Made by a program: the position numbers and the translations under genes
Origin: Podarcis cretensis
Lineage: Eukaryota
Direction: 5' to 3'
NCBI GenBank assembly: GCA_951804945.1
Contig: OX638150.1
Span: 73,036,001 to 73,100,000 of the forward strand
DNA: 64,000 nt
Shown: positions 1-63,668 of the stretch, piece by piece
Layout: each line of letters begins with the position of its first letter
How positions within the stretch are numbered: the first letter of the stretch is position 1
The notes under the pieces: model-generated
The model's input: only the letters and a program-made list of their open reading frames with translations
Database searches by the model: none
Told to the model about the DNA's origin: nothing

Positions 1-545
1 ATGTTAATTATAGGGCTTGCAGACATGTCAGGGGATTAAAAAAATAATCCTAAATGCAGTTCCCACCTATTTCCATGGGAATAGCAGCACCTGGGGAGGG
101 GTTTTTTAACCTGTGTGTAAATTATAGGTATGGCACCTGCACAGTGGTGGCTGGTGACATTTTGACTTGGTAGGGCTACAGTTTTTGACCTTGCTGTTTT
201 TATCACAATAGGAATTGCACAGCACTTATTTAGAAGAGCGTGCCATTACACGTGGGCAGAATGCCATTGTCTCCTCCTTTCTAAAAACACACAAATAAAT
301 CAATTATTCTCTGCACATCTATGGACAGGGAAACAGCTCCCATGTAACAGGACCCAAGTATGGTTTTCAGAGAAGATCAACTCCATACCTCTTATTTAGA
401 AATTAAGCCATATCACATGACCCAAGTTTTTGCATTCATGTGATGTTTACACCTACATACCTGTTGCCAAAAAACCCCTAATCACACAAAAACTTTTTAA
501 ATGTGAGGAAAACTTGCTTCCAGATGCATGCAGTAGGGAGCTTAC

Positions 546-50331
<49,786 letters not shown>

Positions 50332-50381
50332 TCAGATTAATTCACTTGTGGAAGTATGTGATATACAGTAACAGATGTATA

Positions 50382-50733
50382 AAGGTAAAGGAACCCCTGA
50401 CCATTAGGTCCAGTTGTGGCCGACTCTGGGGTTGTGGCGCTCATCTCGCTTTACTGGCTGAGGGAGCCGGCGTACAGCTTCCGGGTCATGTGGCCAGCAT
50501 GACTAAGCCACTTCTGGTGAACCAGAGCAGCGCACAGAAACGCCGTTTACCTTCCCGCCAGAGCGGTACCTAATTTATCTACTTGCACTTTGATGTGCTT
50601 TCGAACTGCTAGGTTGGCAGGAGCAGGGACCGAACAATGGGAGCTCACCCTGTTGCGGGGATTCGAACCGCCGACCTTCTGATCAGCAAGTCCTAGACTC
50701 TGTGGTTTAACCCACAGCGCCACCCACGTCCCA
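50382..50733 (-). mobile_element. Sauria SINE
   Basis: Reverse-strand head, core and tail; 13-bp TSD TAACAGATGTATA (50369-81, 50734-46). Confidence 0.92.
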
Positions 50734-53034
50734 TAACAGATGTATACCGCAACATTATTCTTGACTGAAGTAGAATGATGTTTGTCATGTTCAGTTCAGT
50801 TGCTCATCCTGCTCCCCAAACAAACAAACAAAACTCCCTTAACTTTAGGAAAGGGTTACAGGCAGAGGAGGGATTCTATCCCACTAGCAGAGGCCACATG
50901 TGCAGAGTAGAGACCGGTGGAGGTGGGATGTGAGCCCCGACTTGAGTCAGGCTATGCTGGAAGAGAGATGGACCCAACTTGAATTAAGCTGCCCTGTTCA
51001 AACGCAGTTTGCATTTTGAGCTTCCTTCTATCGAAGACTTGTCTCATCCCAAAACTGAACATGGATCTCTTTCCTAAGATAAAGGTTATGGCAAAGCGAG
51101 GCTGCCATCTCAGGTGGCTGATGCAGGTTGGTGGTGGTGGTGAGGAAGCAGTGGCAAGCTGTTGAAGAACAGAGCTGTGGGTGACACGTGGCCTGCCATG
51201 CACCGCTTCATCTAGTGTGTTTCCCTCAGGAGCAATGGAGGATGCTGCCAGTGTTGACCTGAGATTCAGCTTCCAGGAGGGAGGGGTCATATTGTCCTTT
51301 GCCTCAGACAGCCAAATATATTGAGCTGGCCCTGACTGGAAAGCTATTGAATCATAGTTGAGATGTTGCTCAGACAGGCAAGGCTAAGCCCTCTAAAGAC
51401 GGAAGCCCAGAAGAAGAGAACCCTTTCAGGGCAAGGTCAGACTGTAAAGACATATTAGGTTAAGTAGTAAAAATGAGATCTGTAGGGTGAGAAAAAGCCT
51501 TGGAGAAAGTAATATTGTATGTGGATATAATGCAAGATGCAAATGGAAACACCGGCTTCCCAATGGAACTCTCAGTTGAACCCAGAATTCTGTCAAGAGC
51601 TGCTCGATTCTATATATTTCCAGGAGACTGAGAAAACCTGTTGCCTATGTTTTATGAAAACTGAGATTTTAATTGTAGAGGCTGGCTTCTGTTCAGAAAA
51701 TGCAGGTCAGCTGCAAAATACTATTTCTCCCATTACTCCAAAACAAATCCTTGAGTGGATATAACACGTCTCTGATACAAATCTATTCCCAATCATCTCC
51801 ACTGCAGTGCTGACTTGAGAGTGGGTCAAGTATTGCCTGAGTATTTAACAGGGACATCTGGCACTTTGAAGGTGGTATTCAGCTTCATGAGTTCCATTCT
51901 CTAATTACGGATCTCTGTGGAGACAATCTCCACCACTAGAGGGGACATTGCACCACAACTTGAATGCCCTGCCATAGACTAATATGCACACAGTATGCTA
52001 CTATACAGGCAGAAAAGGAAGCAGCATCATTACAAAGAACTAATATCTGATTCAGGGAGATAAAAGATAACTCTTAAGTCATAAATTTCTTGCATGGTGT
52101 CATGCAGAAGCTGAATTTCAACATCCAGCTTTGACCAGCACACATGTGTAACCTTTCAAAAGCAACAGGTAAGGTTTTGGCTGTGAGTCCTGGAAGTCCT
52201 GCTCCCTGCCTTGCTGGCCTTTTTCTACTTGGGGGGCCCTGTCTGTCTCCAGCAACAAAGGCTGAGGTTGCTGAACAGACTCTTGAGCTGGGGTCTTTTT
52301 TGGGTGGGAGGGGAACTGTTGCTATTTTTTCTATTATGTTTTGTATCTTTATTTAGATCTTATTTATGTGGAAATGGTTCAGTCTAGTTGTGCATTTTTT
52401 GATGTTTTATTTATTATTTATGACTACTTTTGTTATGTTGCAATTAAGTATTTTTTATGCTGTAAGCCGCCTTGAGAATGGAAAGATGGCATACAAATAA
52501 AATTATGTATGTACGTATGTACGTATGCATGTATGTTTTTCCCCCCTTTTCTTTTGTGTGTTTCACAAAAGATACTTCAACAGAGCAAAAGTTTCCAAAA
52601 TAGCAGGCCCTTGTTGTGTGAGATTGGGCTTCAACAAATGTCAGAATGACAGCAAACATTTGCTAGATGCTTTGTCAAAAATGTTATCCCATCCTTGAAA
52701 TACTCTGTGGGGTGGGGGGGCAGGGGCAGGAAGTGTGAGACTCTAGTAATTGGCTCCTTCTCATTTGCAGCACTGAATAGACAAATATTGGAAAATTCCA
52801 CCGGCAAAAGCATTTCATTCATCTGTGTTTGACGGTGAAGGTATGTGCGCACAGGAATTAGTGTGCAATCCATGCTCATAGATTGTGATGTGTGACAAAT
52901 GCATATTCACAAATTTCATGGTGTACACACCCAACATGCTGGGAAGCAGCTGCCACATGTGACTTTCTAGTGAGTGTACTCATAGGGACACACACACATG
53001 GATGCTTCAGTTTAAATTCCTACACAGAAATGCA

Positions 53035-53035
<1 letters not shown>

Positions 53036-53069
<34 letters not shown>
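53036..53069. repeat. (CA)n microsatellite; other dinucleotide tracts at 27246-27271, 36154-36178 and 57439-57491
   Basis: Seen directly in sequence. Confidence 0.95.
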
Positions 53070-53072
<3 letters not shown>

Positions 53073-55496
53073 TCAATACTCTGCCATTTCCAATATTAGA
53101 CTGATTTCAGCAAGGGCAGAACTAAGTAATGACAGAGTTCTTTTTTGCTTCATTCCATAACTTCTTCAGCTTGAGGAGGAAGATTTAAGCCACTGAGCAC
53201 ATTTAGTGTTGAAAACCACAAAGGTGAGGGAAGAAGGGGAAATGAACAAGATGTAGGGGAGCCCTGTACCAACGTGCATGGGGTCCTGCTCCCTTTATCC
53301 CTACAGGAATGCCATGTAAGGCGTGGGGAGGGCTGGGGGAACGAATGGTGACAGCAGTTCATTGTGCTGAGAGCTGTATCTGCCACCTGTTTGTCTTCTG
53401 TAAGCATGTTAAGGGACAGTATGTGCCAATCAGCCCTCGCTGTCAGCATGAAGGAAACACGCCCTTTCCCCAAATCGATTAACCCTCCCTGCAGGTTGCC
53501 ATGGTGAAGTGTGGCGCTGTGGCAGGCAAGAGCTTCAGCCCTGAAGCGCATGGGGAATGTATTATTTCCGGATGATTTAATACAGGGGGAGAGAGATGTA
53601 AAGGGAAAACAGCATCACAGAGAGGAGGCAGAGATATAGGCAGCAGAAGGGGAAAGCGGAACAAAAGCAGAGATACAAACAGAAAAGAGAGGGGAGAGGG
53701 GGAGTAAAGGGAAAGTCATGTCACACTTTCAAGATCACACACTTGAACTGTGGGTTGATTGCTATTCTTGGAAAACTAACATCCTACCTTTCTTGCTCCT
53801 GTAAACACAGCAACACAGTTGGTTACCTGTGATTGTTGTTCTTCAGAGGCAAATAATAAAGTGGGGTGGGGAATGTTGCTGGACTACAACTCCCATCATG
53901 CTGATTGGGGCTGATGGAAGTTGGAGTCTAGCAAACATTTGGAGGGCCACACGTTCCCCACCCCTATTGTAAAGAGTCCTTCATAGGTGGCCCCTGTGGC
54001 TGGTCACATGACAGGAAATTCTTACTAACTGCTAGTAAACTGAGATATTTATGAAGGTAAAGGGCTGAACCTAGTTTCTGAGGCCATCAGAAGACCTGGG
54101 GTTCTATCCAATGATAGCCCTGGTCTGACTTAACTTAGGTCCATTAATTCTAATGGGTCTTCTCTGACCATAACTTAGTTCAATACTGGGCTCCAAAATT
54201 CACTTAATTTACATTTTGATATCTTCCCCTTCCTCCAAGGAGCTCAGGGTGGTGCACACATAGAGTTAGCCTAACCTACCACAACTGGGTTGTTATGAGG
54301 ATTAAATGAGGAACCATGTACATTACCTTGAGCTCACTGGAGAAAAGGTGTGATATAAATGTATTAAATAATTAAGTAAAAATAAATAATTATAAGTGAC
54401 CAGTTTACTAATCCCACACTTATGCTTTTAGTCAGCCAGTTATTGGGACATTTTAAAAATTAAACACTGTGGTTATAACAATTTGTCTTTGGTTTTACAC
54501 AAATAACTTTCCACACTCTCCCTGCATGCAGTCGGGGTGTTTATTTTAACACTTAACAGCATAAAGTGCCTGTGTGGTGCATCCGAGGCTGTGGTTAGCC
54601 TGGCACATATTGTATTTTTGGTTATTCCAGACGGACAAGTAGATGCATACAGCTCTTAAAAACCATACTTAATCGTAGGCACAAATGAGGCCAATAACTT
54701 AACATCTGGCACTGCTTCATGGCAGCCTGGCTTTACTACACTAATTTCTATGTTGTAGCAAATGCTTCAGATCTGGGATATAAATGGCTCCATTACTCTG
54801 CCTGATCTGCTTCTCTCGGGGACCTCAGGCAGATGAAATCTGACGTTTTTGATGACAGGCAGTTTAATCATAGGCTCCCATAATTGGACTAGAGACTTAA
54901 GGCAGTTGAGAGTCCAGTTAAGTGTGATTATTTGATGGGCATACTTGTTGTCTCGTTTGTGCATCAATGAAAGAAACACAAATGGTTTCTTGCTAACATA
55001 AGGCTCCGCTGAGAGACAGGATGATTAAATGCCATCAATGTTTGTTTCTGCTGTGGTATGTCTTTGAGTGAATCCGCGCTAATAGGTGTTAAAGGTGGTA
55101 AGAATTAAGCAACTAATATTGTACAATAAAATTGTCACAATTGGCTGGGTGACAGTAGCCAAGAGATATTTTCTAAGGCTGTGTAAAACTATTTACCGCT
55201 CCTGCCAGATTGTCTGCTCATATAAATTAGCACTGACGCCTTTTCTTTCATCAGTGAATAATCTGTGCATTACCAGTTAATGGCTACACCCAGTGCTTTT
55301 GGGTGACAGTACTCAGTACTCACTGATACCAAGTATTGTCACCTCTTTTATTTTCCTGCCCATGGCAGACATTTTGTGCTGGCACCCACAGGACATTCAT
55401 CAAGATATAATTACTGGCACCTCATTTGTTTTTAAATAAAAAAAGCATTGACAACACCTATGATTAAGGATATATATCTACATTATAATTGTAGAC

Positions 55497-55647
55497 CAGG
55501 CATGTCCAACAGGTCGATTGAGATCTACTTTGGGTATTCCTGTCCCAAAAAAGCTCAACAGCTTTGGTCAATCCAATGGGTAGATCACTGCCAGTTTTTT
55601 TTAATAGTGGGAGTAGATCGCAGTCTCTTGGGAGTTGGACATGCCTG
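55497..55647. mobile_element. hAT-type MITE
   Basis: TIR CAGGCATGTCCAAC, perfect 8-bp TSD TTGTAGAC. Confidence 0.88.
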
Positions 55648-57434
55648 TTGTAGACAGATATCCAACTATTTGTACCCACCATCATTTACCTCAGAAAACT
55701 ATGAAATATTTATTTTACTAAGAGTGCTGTGAAAGTATTATTAGGGATCCCTAGTTCTTTAAGCAGTTGCCATTTCCAGGGCTCCTAGGTTGAATGTTAA
55801 GCTGCAGTCTTGCATCAACGTTCCTGTTGTAAGCTGTGTTGAGCATACAGTGGGGCTTACTTTTTATCAGATGTGCACAGGACTGCACTGCACAGCATTT
55901 AAACTGCATTGAGATTGGCTTAAATGTGCAATACATGACTACGGCAGCTTTGTATGAAACCAAATTAAGCTCATATGAACTTAGCATTTTGTCGCCAATG
56001 AAATGAGAGTGACAGCGCAATACTAATCCCCAATATTGTTGGCAGGCAGGGGTGGGGGGTGGGGTGTTAGGCTGGCAAGTAGTTGACTCTCTGCTGACTT
56101 CTGGGGAACACCATTTTGGAAGGAGGAGGCTCAGCTGAATTGGAGGCCCTGAGCTTCAACCTGATGGCTGGGAACAGAGGCAGACTGGATCTGTCGCAGT
56201 GGGAACCAAGCTTCAGGGATGCTGCAGAGGATGCTGAAATCTTGATTTAGACTGGAGTGCAAGAAGGGGGGGGGGGATTTTGGCATTGCACAGGGCACTG
56301 CTGAAATTTGAGACCCCAAGGTTTGTGTTACCTGCAGAAGTTCTCCTGTGGGCAGTAGCCAGTGGAAATCTTTTAAATGAGGCATTTTGGCACAGGGGTG
56401 AGGGCAAGAAGCTGAAGCAGGGTGGGTGTGGGTGTCCTCACCTTCTGCCTTGCCTGGCGTGAGTGGCAGCGGTTGGTTGCAGCAATAAAGCTGCCACAAG
56501 TCTGCCTGGTTGCTCCCTGGGCAGGATTAGAATTGCTCTGCCTGTGTAGGAAATGGAATGAGCAGGATGGACTGCATGTTCATAAGACTGTTAACAGAGC
56601 AGGACCACCTCCATGCTTTCCTATGGCCCTTTGTTCATCTGGTTAGTTTCTCTTCATAAACGAACTCATTTTAGTGTTAGCCACTGTACTTCGGGGTTTA
56701 TAATGCAGCCCTCTTGAACACCAAATAACATTTATCTAGGGATGGTGAAGAAATGTCGATTCAGTTTGCATTTAAATATTCACTTACCTAACTTGCACTT
56801 TCTGAAACAAGATGTGGACCAAATTTGAAATTTGGTTTGAAATTTGAACATTTCCAAATTTTGCAATGCAGTTCATCAGCCAAACAATGTGCACAAAAAT
56901 TCATTCACTTGTGTAAAATGTGCACATAAATGTATATATTAGTGGAAATAACATATACACAATGTTACATTAGGGGAAATTGCTTTGCAAAAATGTGTGC
57001 CCTAGGCAAAATTGAGTATGAAATGTGTACAATAGGAGAAAATCACACTGAAAGTGAATTTTCATGACTTTTTAACTTACAAAATGATATGCAGAAATAT
57101 GGAGAACAGAACTTAAAACTGAAAAAAATGAGAAACAGAGAGAAGCTAAAAAGGGCATATTCACCCATCCCTACTCCTATCTAAAACTCCTCCTGCCTTT
57201 CTTTAAATCTGTAATGTCTTAAAGGTTGGATTTACAGAGGCTTTCATGTTGGTGTGCAAATGAGATGTAATGTATCTACAACTGGCTGAAACCATCTTTG
57301 CAAAAAGTTTAAGCCTTTGGGCTGGGGGAAACAAGTATTTTGGTAGCCATCCATTTTCTTATATATCCAGATTTTTAAAATAAAAACCCCAAACCATACT
57401 TTTCCTGCTGCATGTTGCCATCTACATTTACTTT

Positions 57435-57491
<57 letters not shown>

Positions 57492-58454
57492 TTGGGGGTG
57501 GGGTGAGCTTGGCACAGAATTTCTAACTGTGGTTCATTTTGAAGAATCACAGGTTCCGTTCCTCCACATTTTGTCAGAGAAGGTTTCAAACGGGCTGCCT
57601 GGCCCTACAAAGAGATGAATAGGTACTTAAGGATGCTGCTGAATGAAAGAGGGCAGCATGCCACAAAGCACAAAGAGGAATCAGCTGGTCAATTTGCTGG
57701 CAATTCCCACCGGAGCTTTAGAAGCAAGCCAAGGGGGAGTGCGCATGTTGGCCTGATGCGCAGTCTCTCACAGGTCTCTAGGTGGTGCTCTCTGTGGGGG
57801 ACAGCAGATGTTCTACGCAGGATGAAGGCTTCATTAGAACAAGCTTCAACTGTACACATAATTATCTGCTATGCCCTGCAGCTCCCCACACTTTTTTCTT
57901 CTCCTTCCAAAGATGCTTTCATCTTTAAACAGAGCAGTGTGCAGCCAGGAAAAGAAATGAGGGTGGCGGCGTTTCAAAGCTGTACGATGGCCTTGGTGAT
58001 TTGAAGCTTAACTGAGAGAATAGGACATTTACTTAGCTGATTTAGGAGCGATGATGATGGGGCATCTGCACAAATGAGTACACGAAGTCAGCAATGGACA
58101 CACACAGAGCCATGTTTTTTGTGTGCATGCATGCCTAAGTCCAGGTATATGTACACCATCATTATCATTTAATTTGCACACTCATCTGCATGGCTATATC
58201 GGTATTCATAGAGGAGCAAACATATTTACATACATGTTGATAGCGAGGGAGGAATGGGTATCCTGCAGGATCTTTCCATTCAGCTGATCTGCCTCTCCTC
58301 ATCCCCGGCCCTCTCCTAGGTGCTGAACAAGCCCTCCCTCCCTTGTCCCACTGGAGGGAGGATTCTTGTCAGAACTGCACACAATTTTAATGAGAATCTG
58401 CCCCCTCCCTGGCAATTAGACTTGTCAAAAAATGGGCTTCCAACACTGAAGGCA

Positions 58455-58600
58455 CTTGGGAGGTTGTGGACTCTCCTTCCTTGGAGGTTTTTAAGCAGAG
58501 GTTGGATGTCCATCTGTCATGGCTGCTTACTTGAGATCCCTGCATTGCAGGGGGCTGGACTAGATGACCCCTGGGGTCCCTTCCAACTCTATGATTTAAT
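58455..58600 (+). mobile_element. CR1 LINE 3' fragment
   Basis: Homologous to 22400-22545. Confidence 0.8.
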
Positions 58601-59008
58601 GATAGGTGAGCATTCATATAAATAACATGCTAAGATGCATGGCTGCCCAGACATTTAAGGGATCGTAAACCTTCATGCAGGTGCTTACAGCTGACACGCT
58701 GTATCCACCCGTACGAGAATCCATATCAAGACTGACAGCTGCCTTCCAAACATATTGATTGTTGCACTACTACTATCTGTCAAGATAAAAACAGACACCA
58801 TTTATTCCCCAATGCTGTTATGAACAGCAGTACTAGCTATATATAGAGAGAGAGACTTGATACCCACTTATTGCAACAGGGTAACTTCATACCCTCCTCA
58901 TCACTGGACAACTGCAACATCACATAACGACTTGCATGTGTAAAGCAGCTGTCACAGATGAAACACCAGTTCAGAAAGAGTTTTCATGCAACAAGACATC
59001 ACTTAGAG

Positions 59009-59199
59009 CAGTGGTTCCAAATTGGTGGTCCTCGGGGAGGGGGTCCACATAACCCACCTTGGGGGGGGGGGGGAGTCTGTGGCACCATTCACATAACAAA
59101 AAATACCAATACCAGAGAGATATCAAAATCTTCAAAGGTCCAGGGCTTGGCTTTTGCAAAACAGGGGGTCCACATTATTTAGCTAATTGGGAACTACTG
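59009..59199. mobile_element. hAT (Charlie-like) MITE
   Basis: CAGTGGTTCC / GGAACTACTG termini; 8-bp TSD ACTTAGAG / ACTTAAAG. Confidence 0.75.
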
Positions 59200-59599
59200 A
59201 CTTAAAGCATCGCTTTTTAGTAGAGGCAGCCAGGGATGCTTGTGGAATTTGGTGGGCCTGAATCTCAAAGTGGACTCATCTGGTCAGCACCTCTGAGTTT
59301 AGCATGCAATTTGGGACATGGTCTGCTTCGAAATCCACTTCCACTGAATTTCATGATTTTGGTCTGCCTTTGCTTCTTTCTTTTTAAACTGGCACTAGCT
59401 GCTTTGAGAAGGCAGAATGCACTACTGCAGCCACATGAATTGAGAGTGGAAGTGGAGATGGCTCTGCAAGCAACAGCATGCAATGATGTGCCACTGCAAT
59501 CAGGGGTATTGTTGTTGTTGCTGTTGTTGGCATCTGTCTGTTTTTGAAAGACAATGGAGTATGCCTCCAGGGGTGAAGTGAAACTGTTGCACACATTGT

Positions 59600-60055
59600 G
59601 CTCCTTCTGGGGTAGCTTGTCCATCTTTGGTCCCCACCCTGTGCTCAGCTCTCCCCTTTGGTTCCTGGAAGCTGTCAGCCTGTGGCAGCAGCCACACCTT
59701 CAGAATGGCTTTGACTGGCTGGCTAAACCAGGTGAGGGTAGCCAATGGGTCTCAAACCCTCAGTGAGTTAGGGACTTCTCCAGCATGTGAATATAGGCTT
59801 CAGCAGACTGAGCCGACAATATGTGCATGGAGGTCCTGAGCTACCCGTAGGACAAGATCCCCTTCTCGTCCTCACTGATGTGGTCCAAAGGAAAGCAGAG
59901 CAATATGTTTGTCACCAGCTTGGTTGCAGGAGTTGCCAGAAGGAAGCATACAAGGCGCCATCCTACTGTTGTAGGGTCTCCACTTGTGTAGGGTTTACTC
60001 CTTAGCCTTTTCTTCTCCTGAAGATATCCCACAAGGAAGAGGAGGTTTAGGATAA
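59600..60055. mobile_element. Probable RTE-clade LINE 5'-UTR fragment
   Basis: Motifs (AGGGTAGCCAATGGGTCTCAAACCCTC; GGGTTTACTCCTTAGCCTTTTC) recalled from RTE 5' regions; unverified. Confidence 0.45.
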
Positions 60056-62059
60056 TGTTAACAGCAGCAGCAGCAGCAGCAACAACAACAACACTTAAGC
60101 TGCCCCTCTCATCAACTACCTATGGACCCACAGGGTGGAGAGGAAGACCTAAGATCTTTTTAAAATGAGCTTCTGTATTTCATGAACTGAAGGCTGAGAG
60201 AGATCCCACTGGAATGTATATTTTCCTTCTGTTTTTAACCTAAGAAACTGGCATAGGGGTGGAAGGGATTGCAGACAACCCTTTTCCCTCCAGCTGGTTT
60301 CTCTCATCATGTCGGGGGAAAAGGCAATGGAGAGGTTTTAAATGGGAAAAACAGCTAAAGGGGAAAGGGTTAAGAAACATCTCTCTTTGCTGTCCTTTTG
60401 CTTAAATCTGCAGCCTCCATACAAAGGAAAACAATCATGCGCACACAGACACAAATAACCCATGGGGGAAAGATAGATGTGATTGCATGTCACATATAAA
60501 GAAATAGTCAGGTAAGATTCTCAAGGTGACATCAGGGACTTTTGAGAGATAATGGGCTCCTACAGTGTTGGGAGAAACCCACCAGATGGCACTGACACAC
60601 TGTTCTGTGCTCTCTGCGCAATACAGAGTGAAAAATGAATCAGCAACCCAGAGGGGAAGCTCCTGTCAAAATCCTGACTCACGTCACTAGAAATAAATAT
60701 TCAGTAATGAGCTATTAACCTTTATGGTTCCCTAAGGGGGCATGGGGAGGGGACATGCTAAATACGATACTACAAAGCTGCACAGGATCCTGCCTAGCTG
60801 CGCAGAAGCGCACCTTTGCAGGATGCTTCCAGGCCAGAGGCTCCTCAGCATCAAACTCCAGTGTGGGCTTGGGTAAAAGCATGAGATAGACAAAGTCTGC
60901 TTGCATAGGGCTTTCAAGCCTGTGATTAGTGCGAAAGAACAACAAGAGAAAGAAGATCTGAATGATTCAGATAAGCTTCAGGCATCATTGCAGAGGAAAA
61001 GGAAGAGGACCCATACTGGACCAGGATGACCGACCCTCCACTCCCTTCTTTTCTGTTCTCTATAGCAATGCTCATGTCTTGATTTCAGCTCCTCAGCTCC
61101 CTCTTCATTTATACTCTATCCACATCAGGAATCACATGATGCTTCCAGACACGGATGATTTAGCAGCGGCCAAGCATTGCTGTTTTGCTCTGAGCTTCAA
61201 GAGGAATAGCAAAGACTCTGCTTCCAGACTTCTGGAATTCAAATAGCATTCTGCAGCCAAGTGGACAGTCCTTTCCCCAGTCATAAATGTTGGGGATAAT
61301 TTTTAGAAGGACCGTATTGTGTGTTTCTGTGAAATAAAAGCATTGTTTGGCAGGGGGGAAGGAATGCAAGGTTTATAGAGACAGAGTTGATTTCTAGAAA
61401 GGAGAGATGAACCACAGAGAAGAAAATGGCAAGAGCAATCTATACAGGTCATAACCAGACCCAAAATTTACTGAACAGCTGCCTGATTTATTCTACATCT
61501 GGGGAAATTATGGAGCTGTCCCATGAAGTTAAAATACTTGGGATTTTCTTAGCTCTGAAAAAAACCATTAAGAGCAGTGTCTTTTGTTCATGATGTCATG
61601 CAGTTGCTCCATAAAAAGTGAGAAAACAAAGCGAGGCTATTTCACAGTAAAAGCTCAGTGTGAAAACAGCTGTAGAATTTGAAAGCACCAAAACACTATC
61701 ACACCATCACAGGGCAACACTATCTGCCCACCAACCTCTCACTTATGAAACCTGAATCGCACACTCCCTTTTCACGTTGCTCGAAGCAAAAGTAAACACA
61801 ATGAACGATGCCCACAAAACATACTACCCATCCTCATTCCCTTTTGGAGTCCTTCATATGCAGTATCTACATTTTCTGACACTTTAGATTTGGACTTTAG
61901 AGCCCTGCAACCAAAGATATGGTTGGGTATTTCAAATCAGGCTAGGTGAATTTCTGCTTTCCTTGCTGCTGAAGTTCCTGGCCATGCACATCTTTCCCAC
62001 CAGCCCACCCTTCCTGTCTCAGAATCCTCCTCCTCCTCTTTCCTTGGATTTTCTTAGCC

Positions 62060-62149
62060 CATAGCTGTCAACTTTTCCCTTTTCTTGCGAGAAATCCTAT
62101 TTGGAATAAGGGAATTTCCCTTAAAAAAAGGGAAATGTTGACAGCTATG
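62060..62149. mobile_element. 90-bp hAT-type MITE
   Basis: TIR CATAGCTGTCAAC, perfect 8-bp TSD TCTTAGCC. Confidence 0.88.
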
Positions 62150-62676
62150 TCTTAGCCATTACTTTCCCTCTGCTTTATTTTCCAATCCCACCTTCCCTTA
62201 ATCTGCAGCTTCATGAGACACAGACATTTCCCCCTTTGGAAGTACCTTCTGCTTCTACTGCTCCTTCCTAAGCATTACAGCAGCTCAGCCAATCTCTGCC
62301 AGAGGTTTTCTCACCACCACACATTTTAAAAAACAATCTTTAAATACTTTACGATACTGATTTATCTGTTTAATCTGCATCTAAATCTGTTTACCTTAAA
62401 TTGTCAGGCGGCATTGAGGCCTGGTCAGTGATTGGGCAGTCAGCTGGGGAGGCTTGGAGGCCTGGCTGCAGATGGGCCTATGGCAGGCCAGCCTGGGTCC
62501 AGGGATTCCCCCGGGTGCGGGCTCAACCAGCCAATGGCCCTTGCTTGGGTCTGCCCCCTGGGGAACAAATTGAGGCGAGTCCAGCACTCCTCAATTTTTC
62601 TGTTGGATTTATTTGTTTAATCTGCATCTACATTTTTCTCCAGTGAGCTCAGTCCTTTAATCCTCACTACAGCCTT

Positions 62677-63060
62677 GGGACGCAGGTGGCACTGTGGGGT
62701 ACGCAGGTGGCGCTGTGGGTTAAAGCCTCAGCGCCTAGAGCTTGCCGATCGAAAGGTCGGCGGTTCGAATCCCTGCGGCGGGGTGCGCTCCCGCTGCTCG
62801 GTCCCAGCGCCTGCCAACCTAGCAGTTCGAAAGCACCTCCGGGTGCAAGTAGATAAATAGGGACTGCTTACCAGCGGGAAGGTAAACGGCGTTTCCGTGT
62901 GCGGCTCTGGCTCGCCAGAGCAGCGATGTCACGCTGGCCACGTGACCCGGAAGTGTCTCCGGACAGCGCTGGCCCCTGGCCTCTTAAGTGAGATGGGCGC
63001 ACAACCCCAGAGTCTGTCAAGACTGGCCCGTACGGGCAGGGGTACCTTTACCTTTACCTT
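62677..63060 (+). mobile_element. Sauria SINE, young, duplicated 5' head
   Basis: Near-identical to 8048-8420; TSD TACAGCCTTGG. Confidence 0.93.
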
Positions 63061-63668
63061 ACAGCCTTGGTTGGTAGGCTAGGGGACTCTGCCTCCCCTC
63101 CAACAGAATCCTGGGAACTGTAGCTTCTCCTTCACAGTGGTACAATTCCCAGTGAACACCAGGGATTTGAAATTCTAAACCAGCAGTCCATGCCTGCTGA
63201 ACATGCTCAGTCTTCAGTGGGCTGCTATGAGTCTTCCACCACACCCAGCCTGGCCTTAGTTTTCTTTCTTTAAATATATTTGTACTTTGTGAACACTGAG
63301 GTTCCCCCAAGTCTGTTCATCACATCTCTCCCTCTTATGTGTGGATGGTTCTATTTTGGCTACATAAGAACCCACACTCGGAGAATGAGTTCCTTATTAA
63401 TTTATAGGGTAATTCTCTCTCCCCCCCCCCCCCCACTCTTCACTGAATTGAAACCAGAGTAGCGTGATTGATGCCTTGGTCTTGCTTTGGAAAAATGAAA
63501 GAGAGGAGCACCCTAGTCCTAAACCAGTTCAGGATGTACAAATAAGCACATTTTGTTTTCTAGTAGTTTCTCATTTTTCCATTCCTAAATTCAGTTTGTC
63601 ATTAAAAAAAAACAAACAACCTCACAATTTCCTCCTTATTTTACTGTGTATTTATCCTAATATGCACA

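Noticed and set aside
59995-60056. HDV-like ribozyme on the minus strand (UAUCCU/GGGAUA, CUCC/GGAG, CUUC/GAAG, GGCUAA)
   Set aside because: P1, P2, P4 and a CUAA joiner can be drawn, but P3/L3 and P1.1 cannot. It would need an RNArobo/Infernal hit on the family consensus.
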